Positions 11,895-23,630 of a stretch of DNA of 64,000 bases are shown here, one piece after another. Made by a program: the position numbers and the translations under genes. The stretch's first letter is position 1. The number at the start of each line of letters is the position of its first letter. The DNA is from Heteronotia binoei. Its lineage: Eukaryota. Below the pieces are notes generated by a model, which worked only from the letters and a program-made list of their open reading frames with translations, was not told the DNA's origin and ran no database searches. The stretch is from assembly GCF_032191835.1 (NCBI RefSeq), contig NC_083223.1, positions 100,192,001 through 100,256,000 of the forward strand, in the 5' to 3' direction.

Positions 11895-12315
11895 TGTCAG
11901 AACTTGGATGAACTTCAGTCAAGTCCGATACTTGTTACAAGTTAGGATCTTTATTGAAGAACTACAGTGCTAGAGTAACGAAATAACAGTAATGGCGATT
12001 CTTGGCAGTTGGTTACATTTTATGCCAGCAGCAAAGCACAATAAAACAATTATTCACACGGTCTCAAACAGTTGTCTCGTCTTCCCAGCTTTCGTTATCA
12101 GAAGGGAGGATGCTCCCCTGTTGTGAAGGCCAAACGGCCTGTCTTCAAAGGGCACCTGTGGATGCTAAGCAGGGACTATCTGCCGCCTGCCCTACTGCCC
12201 TAAATATTTGGCATAGCAGAGGGGCCAGGGTTAATGACCGTTGTCAGGCACTCTAAATTACAGCATGGAGTCAGTTTGGTCAATGCAAGCAAAGTAACAG
12301 TTACAAGTTCTGACA
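11895..12315 (-). repeat. Gypsy 5' LTR
   Basis: Near-identical to 6854-7274. On the - strand: CATAAAA at 12024-12018 and AATAAA at 11955-11950. Confidence 0.97.
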
Positions 12316-12320
12316 CATAG

Positions 12321-14678
12321 AGGGCTTTAAAGGTTAATACCAACACCTTGAAGCGAACTCGGAATACAACAGGCAACCAGTGCAGCTCTCTCAGCATTGG
12401 CTGAATGTGCTGCCGTCGCGGCAGCCCCGTTAGCAGCCGTGCCGCAGCGTTCTGCACTAGCTGTAGTCTCCGGGTTAGCATCAAGGGTAGCCCCATGTAG
12501 AGAGCATTACAGTGATCTATTCTTGAGGTGACCGTAGCATGGATTACCGTCGCTAAGTCGTTGCGCTCCAGGTAAGGGGCCAGCTGCCGCGCTTGCCGAA
12601 GATGAAAAAAGGCAGATCTAACAGTGGCTGCCACCTGAGCCTCCATTGTAAGGGAGGACTCAAGAAGCACGCCTAAGCTCTTGACCTTAGGGACCGGTAT
12701 CAATGGTACCCTGTCAAGGGCCGGCAGCTGGATCTCTCTCCCCGGACCGCCCCGACCCAGGTAGAGAATCTCTGTCTTCGTCAGATTCAATTTCAGCCGA
12801 CTCAGTCTGAGCCAAGAGGCCACGGCTTGTAACGCCAGGTCTAGATTTTCCAGGGTACAGTCAGACTGGCCACCCATCAATAGATAGAGCTGGGTGTCAT
12901 CCGCATATTGATGGCAGCCTAGTCCGTACCTCCTGACAATCTGGGCAAGGGGGCGCATATAGATATTAAATAGCATCGGGGATAGGACCGCTCCCTGCAG
13001 CACCCCACAGCTAAGAGAGTGCCTCTGGGATGCTTCCTCCCCTATCACCACCCTTTGTCCCCGATCTTGGAGAAAGGAGGTCAGCCACTGTAAGGCCAAT
13101 CCCTGAATCCCCACATCGGCAAGGCGGCTAGTCAGTAGCTGATGGTCAACCGTGTCAAAAGCGGCTGACAGATCTAATAACAACAGCACTGCGGAACCGC
13201 CATGGTCCAGATGTCGCATACAGTCATCTATGAGGGCGACCAGAACTGTCTCCGTCCCGTGACCTGGCCGGAAGCCGGACTGGAATGGATCCAGTGCGGA
13301 AGTGTCCTCCAGGAATCCCTGCAGCTGAATCGCTACCGCCCGCTCTATGACCTTGCCCAGAAAGGGAAGGTTTGACACCGGCCGATAGTTCGCCAATATG
13401 GCCGGGTCTGCTGATGGTTTTTTTAAGAGGGGACGGACCACTGCCTCTTTAAGAGGTGTGGGAAAGATCCCTTCAGTCAGGGACCTGTTGATAATGTCCT
13501 GTAGTGGTTCACGCAGCCATGTTTGGCTAGCCTTTATAAGCCAAGACGGGAACGGGTCTAACCTACAGGTCGTAGGGCGCACAGCTGCAAGGATCCTGTC
13601 GACTTCCTCCAGACTGAGTGGACCGAAGGAGTCCAGAATTGAACCAGAAGACGTGCTCGGTGCCCCAAGTTCATCTACTGTATTAATTATAGCGGGTAGA
13701 TCATGTCGGAGCGACGAGACCTTATCTGCGAAAAAGCTCGCAAAAGCCTCACAGCCTATTTCCAATTCTCTATTATTTTGTTTGCCCTGCGGTAATTCTG
13801 TTAATGACCGAATTATACTAAACAATTGTGCTGGGTGCGAGGTCGCAGATGCGATTCTTTGCAATCCGAATAGCCATCTCATAGGTCCTCATAAATGACC
13901 TATATGATGTTCTCGTAGCTTCGTCACGAGCGTAGCGCCATTGTCTCTCTAGTCGTCTTAATCGTCGCTTCATTGATCGCAGCTCCGGGGTATACCACGG
14001 AGCGGATCGTGATCGAGGATGAAGAGGACGTCGGGGAGCGATTTCGTCGATGGCCTCGGAGAGCCGGTTATTCCAGGTCTCCACTAGCTCATCCAACAAG
14101 TCGCCGGTGGGCCAAGGATCCTGTATAGCTGTTTGAAGCCGCAACGGGTCCATCTGACTATGCGGGCGAGCCAAAATCTGCTCACCGCCTAAACGGGACA
14201 GGGGTGGCATGTCCACACGAGCCTTCAGGGCCTGGTGGTCAGACCATGGCACTGCCTCGGCAGATATCTGATCCACTACTACTCCCGCCGCAAAAATCAG
14301 GTCTAGTGTGTGTCCAGCCTGATGCGTGGGCGCTGTTACATATTGGGAAAGTCCTAGTGCTGCCATGGAAAGCACCAGGTCCGTCGCACGAGTGGAAGCT
14401 GCGTCCTCAGCATGGACATTGAAGTCACCCAGGACTATAAGTCGAGGGTGCTCCAATGCCCAGACTGCTACAGCCTCCATCAGGGATGGCAGGGCACTGG
14501 CCGGTGCGTTAGGCGGACGGTACACCAGCCAGATTGCCAAACTCTCCCCAATGTCCCACACCAGACCCACACACTCCACGCCCTTGATCGCTGGCAGCGG
14601 AAGTATCCTGAAGGAGCAATCCTCCCGTATGAAAAAAGCCACCCCTCCCCCCCGCCCGCTTGATACACTGCTTGGCAT
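12321..14678 (-). pseudogene. L2 ORF2 (partial APE endonuclease plus RT), frameshift near 13880
   Basis: ORFs 13818..14678 (LVYRPP, LGDFNVH, GHTLDL, SDH) and 12200..13882 (NYRPVSNL, DLSAAFDTVDH, QGAVLSP, YADD). Confidence 0.88.
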
Positions 14679-17490
14679 GTCGGACTAGCACTCAGAAGAT
14701 ATGGGCCCAAATTCCCACACAGCCATGAAGCTTACTCAATGGGTAACCTTGGACTAGTCACCCTCTCAACATAACCTACCTCCCAGAGTTATTAAAAGGA
14801 CTGGAAAGGGAAGGCGAGAACTGTATATGCTGCCCTACAAGAATACAAATGGGACAGAACTATCACAAATTTCTTTAATGATTGCTACAGGATATCAAGC
14901 AATCAATAATACATGCTTTGAAGTCTTAAAAATAGAACATTGGTCTAAAAAGTATTAAAATGAAACTGGTGGGACCCGTAAATCCAGCGGCTACAGCTGA
15001 CACAGCTCTAGTAAACCCCAAGTGAATAATTATCAGCACAGAGCAAGGGAAATGGATGGGGGAGTGTTCTAGGTACTAAGAGGTATCCTGTTTACAATAA
15101 ATAATTAAAGAAAGCAAAAAATACCAGTGGTATTCTTTAGAAGATTTCTGCAAAAGATGCTTCAGAACGGAGAATTTTTTTTTAACCAAATCTATACAAA
15201 AAAGGGGGTGGGATCCAGTCAGCTTTTTTGCACAATTTTGCCAAATTTTCCTCATTATATTTATCATCCCACATTACTTTTATATCAAGCACAGCCTTCT
15301 TTTTTTCATGACTGAAAAAGCTGGTTAGATCCAACCCAATATATTCTATGATCTTTTTTAGTACTGAGAACTTACACAATGACAAGGTAAACCAAACAGT
15401 GTGGTTGCCTTAGCAAATATGGCTTTTCTATGTTACTCTGGGATGTTATAAAATATGAAATATTTGTCAATCCTTTCAAAACCTGATCTCTGTGCATGTT
15501 CTCCTTATTGGCATTTTTGCTACTAACCTCCTGAAGAAGTAATGGTTGGGAAAAAGTGGTACCTCAAAGACAATCCCAAAAGAGAAAGAATAACAAGAAT
15601 AGCACAGGTCTAGCTACCAAATATTTTCCTAGCCTCAACCTTTTATTGCTATTTATATTCTGAGTTAACAATTTTAGCACTACTGGGTAAATTTTTTACA
15701 ATATATCATTGAATGCAAATAAAAACAAATTTAACAACAAATATTTAATTTCAGAAATTAAACAGAACAGACAAGACATCAACAACCTGTCTCTTATTCC
15801 AGTATGCAGAACACTAGGAAAAGAGAAATGCATGATTTTTTTCAGCCAAGACATAACTAACTTCTGGGTCAGGGATCCTGAAGGAGCTGGAAACTTTTAA
15901 TCTTCCAGAGATGCTTGTGCATGCTACAGCTATTGCCTCAGAAGGATTAATTTGGCTGACACAGTAGAGAAATGCTAATGGTGGTTAGAATTCAATAGCA
16001 ACAGTGGGAGTTCAGGCTAACACTCCACTCCACCTGACAGCCTTTTGAAGTGCTTACAGCTCAGGGGAGAACCCCTGTAAGGTTCCAGAGCTTATGAAGT
16101 GTTCATTCATTTCAAATGAATATACCAATATGGAGGGGGATATGTTTATTGCTTCTGTTTTTCTTTGCTGTTAAAAAGGTAAAGCAAAATTTAGCTCAGA
16201 GCAGTTATGTTAAAAACAACATTTTCAAAATTATTCAATTTTGGTGTGGGGAATGAATGAACAGATTTTCAATGAACTGAAGATAATTCAGGACTCTGGC
16301 CAGAAGTAATAATATAAGAATGTAAAACCTACTGCAACTGCTTCTTATTAATTAAGCAGTTCTTAAACAGGTGGGTTTTTTTTTTTTGCAAAAGATCAGT
16401 ATAGTTACTATAAACACCCAAGAAGCATAAGGCTGATTTAATGTAAAATTTGTTCCTAGGAAATGCCATGCAGTCTACTTCAACTACTCTTAAAATCAAT
16501 AGCAATGTATCTATTGCTGTCTATAACAAAGACAGTACTAATGAAAATTCATGATTGTACTCAATCTCAACTTCCAGCTCTCAAAGAAGTTATAGAGCCG
16601 TGCCTAAACCTGCCTTCTATAACCTTTGTGTCTCCCACAGATACAGTTTTCTGTGAAGCAAAGGGTCATCTCAAAGTCTATATTGCCCTTGATTCTTCTC
16701 TGTAGCTTAAATCTATTCACATCTGGGTTACCTTTGCAGTTTTCTTTTTGATAACCTCCTCTCCTGTTGACTTTATCTAAGATGGTTTTGCACCAGCATC
16801 TTTCACTTAAGCCTCCTGCAGGTTGGGCACCATGGATTAAATTCTATAAACTGTGAATTGAAGGAACTGATCTCTATCTCTTTCACCTTTAGCTTCCTGC
16901 ACCTCCCTGAAATGCTAAGGGTCAGGTATTCAACACCATATAGAGGTATTTGTCTCCTGTCCTAGAAGTGCGGGAGCCTTTCTGACCCTGGCAGGCAAGT
17001 AATTCCACATGATGGGAGCCACCATAGAGAATGCTCATGTACAGGCAGCTGTTGATCTTACCTAACCGTCAGTCTATAAACTACAGTCTTGTAAAACCTG
17101 TATTCTAGTCTATCACCCCCAGTCATTCTTTTGCTAAACCCTGGAAGCATGATATGCTGCCTACATACTATTTTAATGCTTCATTTAGCACTCAGGACAT
17201 AGTTACTATCCTCAATACTTTTAAGCAAAAGGATTATAACATTTATTCTAAAAATAATAATCTGCCGTAAGTGTATCGATATGGTGTATGTAAATTTAAA
17301 AAACAAAGGGAGGCAAATAATTATTAAAATGCAAACAGAGAAAAAGAAAACTCAACAAAAACTTTTACAGGCATTATTCCAACTATACTCATATATTACC
17401 ATGTCAGACATAATTTCAAAAACAAACATTATGAGCTAATATTTTTAAAAGTGTTAGTCTGCTTTTGTAATAAAACACAACTTTAGCTCA

Positions 17491-17667
<177 letters not shown>

Positions 17668-17979
17668 TCAAAACCAGCACACCTATGAAGAGGAAGAACA
17701 GAAGAATTACAATTTGTTTTAATTATCAGTGTTGAAGCAAGTCAATATGCTTAATTTAATACTAATTTATTTTTAGCGGAAAACTTTCATTACCTGACCA
17801 ATGTTACAAATGAAGTGGCCGATAATGCCACAGTTTTTAAAAGGCTAATTTACTCAGACATAAATAAATGGTTTTTAAAGGAGCCTATTCTGAAATAACC
17901 ATGTATAAAAGTACCTCCTTGAAATACTTCAAAGCATCATCATGCCAAATACAATTTTGGTACAGAAAAGACTAAGTTT

Positions 17980-18185
17980 TTATACCCTTCTTTATCATAA
18001 GGAGTCTCAAAATGGCGTAAAATTGCCTTTCTCTTCCTCTCTTCACAACCAGAACCCTGTGAGGTAGGTGGGGCTGAGAGAACTGTGATTGACCCAAGGT
18101 CACCCATCAGGCTTCACATGAAGAGTGAGGAATCAAACCCGATTCTCCAGATTAGAGCCCACCCCTCTTAACCATTACACCAGGA
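17980..18185 (-). mobile_element. Squam3-type SINE, diverged
   Basis: CCCTGTGAGGTAGGTGGGGCTGAGAG, GACCCAAGGTCACCCA and TTAACCATTACACCA match the copy at 4063-4320. Confidence 0.65.
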
Positions 18186-20296
18186 TAGCTCTCTACAGAA
18201 TAGGTCTAGTGCCTTAGTTTACGGGACAATAATCAGATGGAAAATGCTCAGGGTTTTTGCTACGTCTAAACAGTTAATTACAGCTTCCAAAGCAAATAGA
18301 AAGAGCACCCCTTTCACAGGCTTTTAAAAGCTCTTTACCAAAACCATATACACCCAGACAACAGTGGCAGGAAGCAGCAGGTGCAATTCTTCCTCATCTC
18401 TCAGTAATATGCTATCTGAGAAGTAGCTTCCAAAGCCATCCCTTCATTTGCATATTGCTCTAAAGGAGATCCACAGTGTGTGACCAGTGTTAGTAGAACT
18501 GCATTTTAGCCATCCTGTGACTTTGTTGATTTCAATTTTATGAACAAGCATCACAAACATTGTATAGTTTCTGTATACACCAGTCCTTCATTCTACTTTA
18601 GTGATCAGCAGGGTTTTAAAGTTCTCTGACCAAAGCAGTGTTTTTATGAAAAGTCTTTATAGAGATGTCATGTACAAATTCATTTGTAATGAGAGCTGGA
18701 AGTTCTTGCAATAAGTGCTTCTTCTATTGATGTGGATCCAAACTAGATGTTTCTGTGGGTGGAGGATTTCTGCCCAAGGGGAGAATCCCCAGGAGCAGAA
18801 TTCGGTGGGGGTGGGGGTGGGGTGGGGCAGCACTGTGGGTTGCTGAGGGAATGGGGAGGCAGAAAAATCACAGTATGCCAGAGGAAATCCTTGTGCCCAT
18901 GCTAACGTTACCCTGGATCTAATCCATTACCTATATTATACTATACATTGTAATCAGTCAAAAATTCCTCCATAATTTCTTACATTGCACTGTTAATGAC
19001 TTTGAAAAGTTAAAATATTCCTCAAGCTTTGGCAAAATAATAATAATAATAATAATAATTCAGCAGCATGAGCATCATTTTGAAAAACAAACTAGCCTTA
19101 TAGTAAATACTTAAGCTTTCATTATGTCATTTCTGTGTTCTGATACTAGAGAACAACATTAATAATTAAAAGTTTTTGCTCAACATAGTACATAGTGATT
19201 TAGCAGAGTTTTAAAGAAATAATTAAATTCTAATCCCACAGCCTATGTGCCTTCTTGATCATTTCATCTATAATAAAGGAATAGCAGCTAAAAGGAAACA
19301 CAGTTGTCTTGTTTAGTTTAAAGTAGTCTGGGTAGATAAACCTCATTTCTTAAATAAAACTGAACAAGTTGGAAGGCCAATGTTTTCACTGTTTGAAACA
19401 TAAAGGAAACAAGCAGTAAATGAAAATTACAATTAACTGTACATTTTTACCAATTAAGAGAATACTTCTCTTGTGTTCTAAATTGGCCACTCAAGAGATG
19501 AGTACTATGTTATCATCACGTTCAGTCTGCAATACCAATAAAATGGTTAACTTTCTTGAACTCGGAAGGCAGTAAAAGCTCAAGTATAAAAATGTGTGAT
19601 GATTAATATTTACAGAGCAACAGAACAAATTAATATATTAGCTTTACTTAAACATCAAGCTAAGGATAAATGCAAAGCTGAAAATCTAGACTATTAATTA
19701 AAACCTTCCACTGCCTCCGTCCAGGATAACATTTTTTTCCATGTTTAAATTCTATCATTTTGTGAAAGCAATCTATGGATGTAGACTCATCACTGATCAC
19801 AGCAGATTCTTCCTCTGTATGACTTCCAACTTTGCAACTTGCCTTGGATGTGATACATAGCAAACAGCAGACGAGCTGTCAAGCTTGTCCTTTTCCCCCA
19901 TGCTTGTACATGTTTTAAAAAGCAGCACATAGACAATTTGTATGTTCATCCTTCACTTTATTTTCTTTTTAAAATGAAATTATTTTAAAAGCTGGAAGAC
20001 TGATAAAGAATGACTGGAAGGTATGTCAGCAATCCAAAGGCACCACCAATCAAGTGTTCTCCACAACGGACTTTTTGCCTATTTGAACTAAAATTCCTCA
20101 AAAAGTAGAACAATGAGGTTTTTATAGAGGGTGTCCTGAGAGATAGAGAAAACACACTTGGACTGAATGTCATACTAAGGTGGGAGACAGGTCAGCCTGT
20201 AAGAAACAGACAATGATCAAAGCATCAGCTAGTGTTGATTCTCACATCTGATTAAAGAGGATATCCAGTCCCAGGGCATGACGAATAAACAGAGAC

Positions 20297-20487
20297 TTAG
20301 TTGCAGGGTAGAATGTGCCTTTCCTTCTCATATGGTGCACTCTTTGCTACCATTTCCCCATTTACAGGCATGCAACTATCAATAATCCAGGTTAAAACAA
20401 GCCTGGGTACATTCCCAAATTCACTGCAAGAACTTGATTTTAATTCATTGCAATAACTTGATTTAATCAGAAGAATGTCTGTCAGTG
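20297..20487 (-). CDS. Candidate terminal coding exon of an unidentified host gene
   Basis: Strong acceptor (TTTTTTTTAACTACAG). One open frame, LTDILLIKSSYCNEL...ERHILPCN*. The protein was not recognised. Confidence 0.25.
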
Positions 20488-23024
20488 CTGTAGTTAAAAA
20501 AAACATTAACAGCAGAAAGTGAAGAAAAAAAAGAGAATGGTTAAAGCTCAATTTTTAAAAAAGCTTTGTGGCCAAATGAGAAGAAAATTAAATACTAAAA
20601 GTTGGAGTCTATGAAACACGATACCAAGAATTTGAAGAGGTGCTTTCCCCCTACCACCAGGAGACCAAGTACTAAATTTCAAGGGCAGTATTTATATATT
20701 TATTTATAACACTCTTAAACTGCTTTTATAATGCAAATGTAAAAAAGTTTTGTAGAACAAATGAAATGCTTTTAAAGACAAGGTGGGCATGCTGTAGACA
20801 TATACAGCTCTTAAATACAAGATGCATTTCTGCACCTACAAGAGTACCTGATCTTCATGCGGGAAACATGCAGGTCTTTCACTGCCTCTGTTGCCCTTTT
20901 TATCTGACTTGTCTCTTCTGGACAGATCAAAATGGGTAGCTGCATTAGTCTGTTTGAAGAAGTAGGAAAGAGTAAAAGCCTAGTAGCACCTTAAACTAAC
21001 AAAATTTGTGGTGGGGTATGACCTTTTCTCCAGGGTTGTGCACAGGGTCAGCACCAAGGTTTTTGGCACCCTAGACCAGACCCTCCCCCCACCCCTATTT
21101 TCCCGCCACCCATGCCCTTCCTTCCCGCCTCATGGCAGGCAAAGCTGGCCATAGCCCCGCCACTCCCCCACCCGTGCCTGCCCTGCCGCCCCTGCTCAGT
21201 TCCTTCCCCGCAGCCTGCCCATAGCAGTCCTAGTAGGCTATCAGGCATGATGGCAAGGCAGAGGAAGGCAGCAGAGAGGCAGACCTACAAGGTCACCTTC
21301 CGTAACTACAGAGCGAGCCAGTCTCTGTCAGCACTCACAACTTGCCCTGCAATATCAAGAACTTGTGGGTCACTGAGGCTTCTTTGGGAATTAGGCAAGG
21401 AACTTGTTCTGGAACATCCTACTTGGGAGTTGAAAACTGCTGTTACTGTCTTTGCATCACAAAGCATGAAAAGCAGTCAAAGACCCCCCCCCCCCCCCAG
21501 ACAGAGTGACTAGATGCTTGACCATCTCAGGGCATAATTATTGGGCGCCTTGGAGCCCCTCATTTGTCGCGCCTCCCCCCATCCCCATGAGGCACCACTC
21601 AAGAGCTCTTTCTCTCGAGACCTTCCGGGGTTGAAGCTTGGTGAGCTGACCTGTTTCCTTGTGTGGAGCAGACCAAGATCTTTGTTTTTGGACAGAAAAG
21701 GCTTTATAGAGCCTACTGTCTACTTTTTCCAGTAAAGGAACTTGTCTATGGCATGCATGTTTATTTCGAGGGGGATTCACTTTGGCTGATGAACGATCCC
21801 AGGAGGGTTTTTTTTTCGGCTTTGAAGATTCCCCCGATGAAGAATTGCATTCTATCGCCTATAAAGAATCCTTGGAGTCATTAAATTGACATAAACTCAC
21901 TAAGGCTTCAACTTCCTATGGACTATAACAACATCTGAGATAAAGTGGACGGTATTATGAGAGCTTAGACGTCGTTAATGAGGTAAAGATCCTTATCTGC
22001 TACTCCGGGTGTAATTTAAGCTTGTTAAAAGGAAAGATCTGGGACCCAGAACTATTTTTCAAAGTGGAAAATCAAGGAGAAGTGGAAGGGGGTAGAAGTG
22101 ATTTCTTTGGACTCAAAAGAAAGCAGAAAAGTACAGAAAAATACTTGCTGTTATGAATTCTTGTGGCTTCGGAAAAAAACCCCAGTCATAACAAAGCTGC
22201 AGACTCTTTCCTTAAAACAGGAAGTGACGTTTTCTGCAATCATTGAGAGACTTCAATGCTAGAGAGTCAGGAAGTAAGTGTGGAGAGAAGAGGAGCATCC
22301 AAGTATCCGGATACTTGCAAGAGTCAGTAACCATAGAGAAACATTGGAGGCCAGTTACAGAAAGGCCAAAATATTTTCACTAAATAACTTGAAAGTGGAC
22401 TATTAAAGGATTCAAAACATATATAAACAATCCCCTAAGGGCTAAATAACATGGACTATGTGCTTGAAAATGGAAAATAAGCCCTAGAGGGTAAAAGGAA
22501 AACTTTTTAAAAAGAGAGGCTTGGAACTTTAAAAATTAATATCTTGAGCTAGGAAGCTCTGAGGACGGCGTTTTTAGGCTTGTTGAAAAGGGCATGCTCT
22601 GTTCTGTTAAATCCAACTATCAGATTGGGGATTGAAGATACCAATTAAAAACCCATTATTTGTAATGGGCAGTCAGTAATGTCTGAGCAGAAGTTGGAAT
22701 CAAGAGTTACAAGGTTAAGAGCTGCCTCACTGGGAGAGGGTAAAATGTCTAAACAAGTTCATGAACAACTGGACGCTATGGAAGCGAGAATTTTGAAGGC
22801 AATGAGGGATTTAATAACTGGAAGTGAGAAGAAATTAACTAAGGAAATAAACTCCAGTGCTGAAGAGGTAAAGAAAGAATTTAAGAAGGAAATTGATGAC
22901 CTAAGGAAAGAGTCTCAAGCAATAGCTAAAAAGATAGATGATATAGAAGTGAAAATTAGAGATCAAGATGCCACCATTAAGAAAATGCAAGACAAAGCAA
23001 TACTACAAGACTGTAAGTTGATGG

Positions 23025-23504
23025 TGTTAGCATCAGGCACTTTAAGATGAAAACTGCTGATGCAACAGTATGTAACTCCAACTATACTAGCTAATGAGAG
23101 GCATGTGAAGCTAGTTAAGTGGGGTGTAACATGATTGGCCAGCTGCACCATAAGAACAAGGAACCCTAACTCTTAGTCTTTGTTGGGTTGATGAGGAGGA
23201 AGGACGTGTTGGAGAAGTGGAGAGCTATTGTTATCAGAGACTGTTACTCTGTCCGTTTGACTGATGATGGTAATGACCCTGGTATGTGTAGACTATTCTC
23301 TGGATTTGTGACTGTGTACTTCTGACCTGGATGAACTGAACTAACTGTGCTTTGACTATCTTGGACTGCCTTTAACTACTCTTTTGCTGTAACCCCAATA
23401 CAACTGTTTCAACCGGCTTACTGAAGTTGTGTCTTTGTAGACTTTCACTAGAGGCTGCACTTATCAGCATACTCATACTGCAGAACTCCCACGCACTACT
23501 GACA
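23025..23504 (+). repeat. Copia 5' LTR
   Basis: Matches the split 3' LTR except one 1-nt indel (GAACCCTAA versus GAACCTAA). Confidence 0.96.
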
Positions 23505-23506
23505 TC

Positions 23507-23521
23507 GGTTGTGGGCCCAGC
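23507..23521 (+). other. Copia PBS complementary to the internal (anticodon-arm) region of tRNAiMet
   Basis: GGTTGTGGGCCCAGC versus the copia-type GGTTATGGGCCCAGC (one G:U). Confidence 0.8.
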
Positions 23522-23630
23522 GTGGTCTGCGGGAGAGTGAGCTCTGTCTGCTGCAGCACTCGCCGGAAGTTCTACTCGTGAGTAAGGGAGCAGTTTGGGG
23601 CGTGGCACTTTGTTTGTGTTATAGGCAACA

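Larger units (their letters stand above)
6854..12315 (-). mobile_element. Gypsy/Ty3 LTR retrotransposon, chromovirus (sushi-like), protease-deleted
   Basis: Two 421-bp TG...CA LTRs, 5-bp TSD CATAG (6849-6853 and 12316-12320), order gag-RT-RH-IN-chromodomain, PPT. Confidence 0.97.
6361..14686 (-). mobile_element. L2 LINE, 5'-truncated (~2.9 kb), split by the Gypsy insertion
   Basis: (TAAA)n tail and 3' stem-loop at 6361-6435. RT ORF has YADD and HWLPVVFRVRFKVLVLTFKAL. Removing the Gypsy and one CATAG restores ...TFKALYGQGPAYLRDRL. The APE fragment ends near 14680. Confidence 0.9.

Noticed and set aside
6961-12256. Two nearly identical 84-aa ORFs (6961..7215 and 12002..12256)
   Set aside because: They are antisense frames within the two LTR copies, start at TTG and have no protein features.
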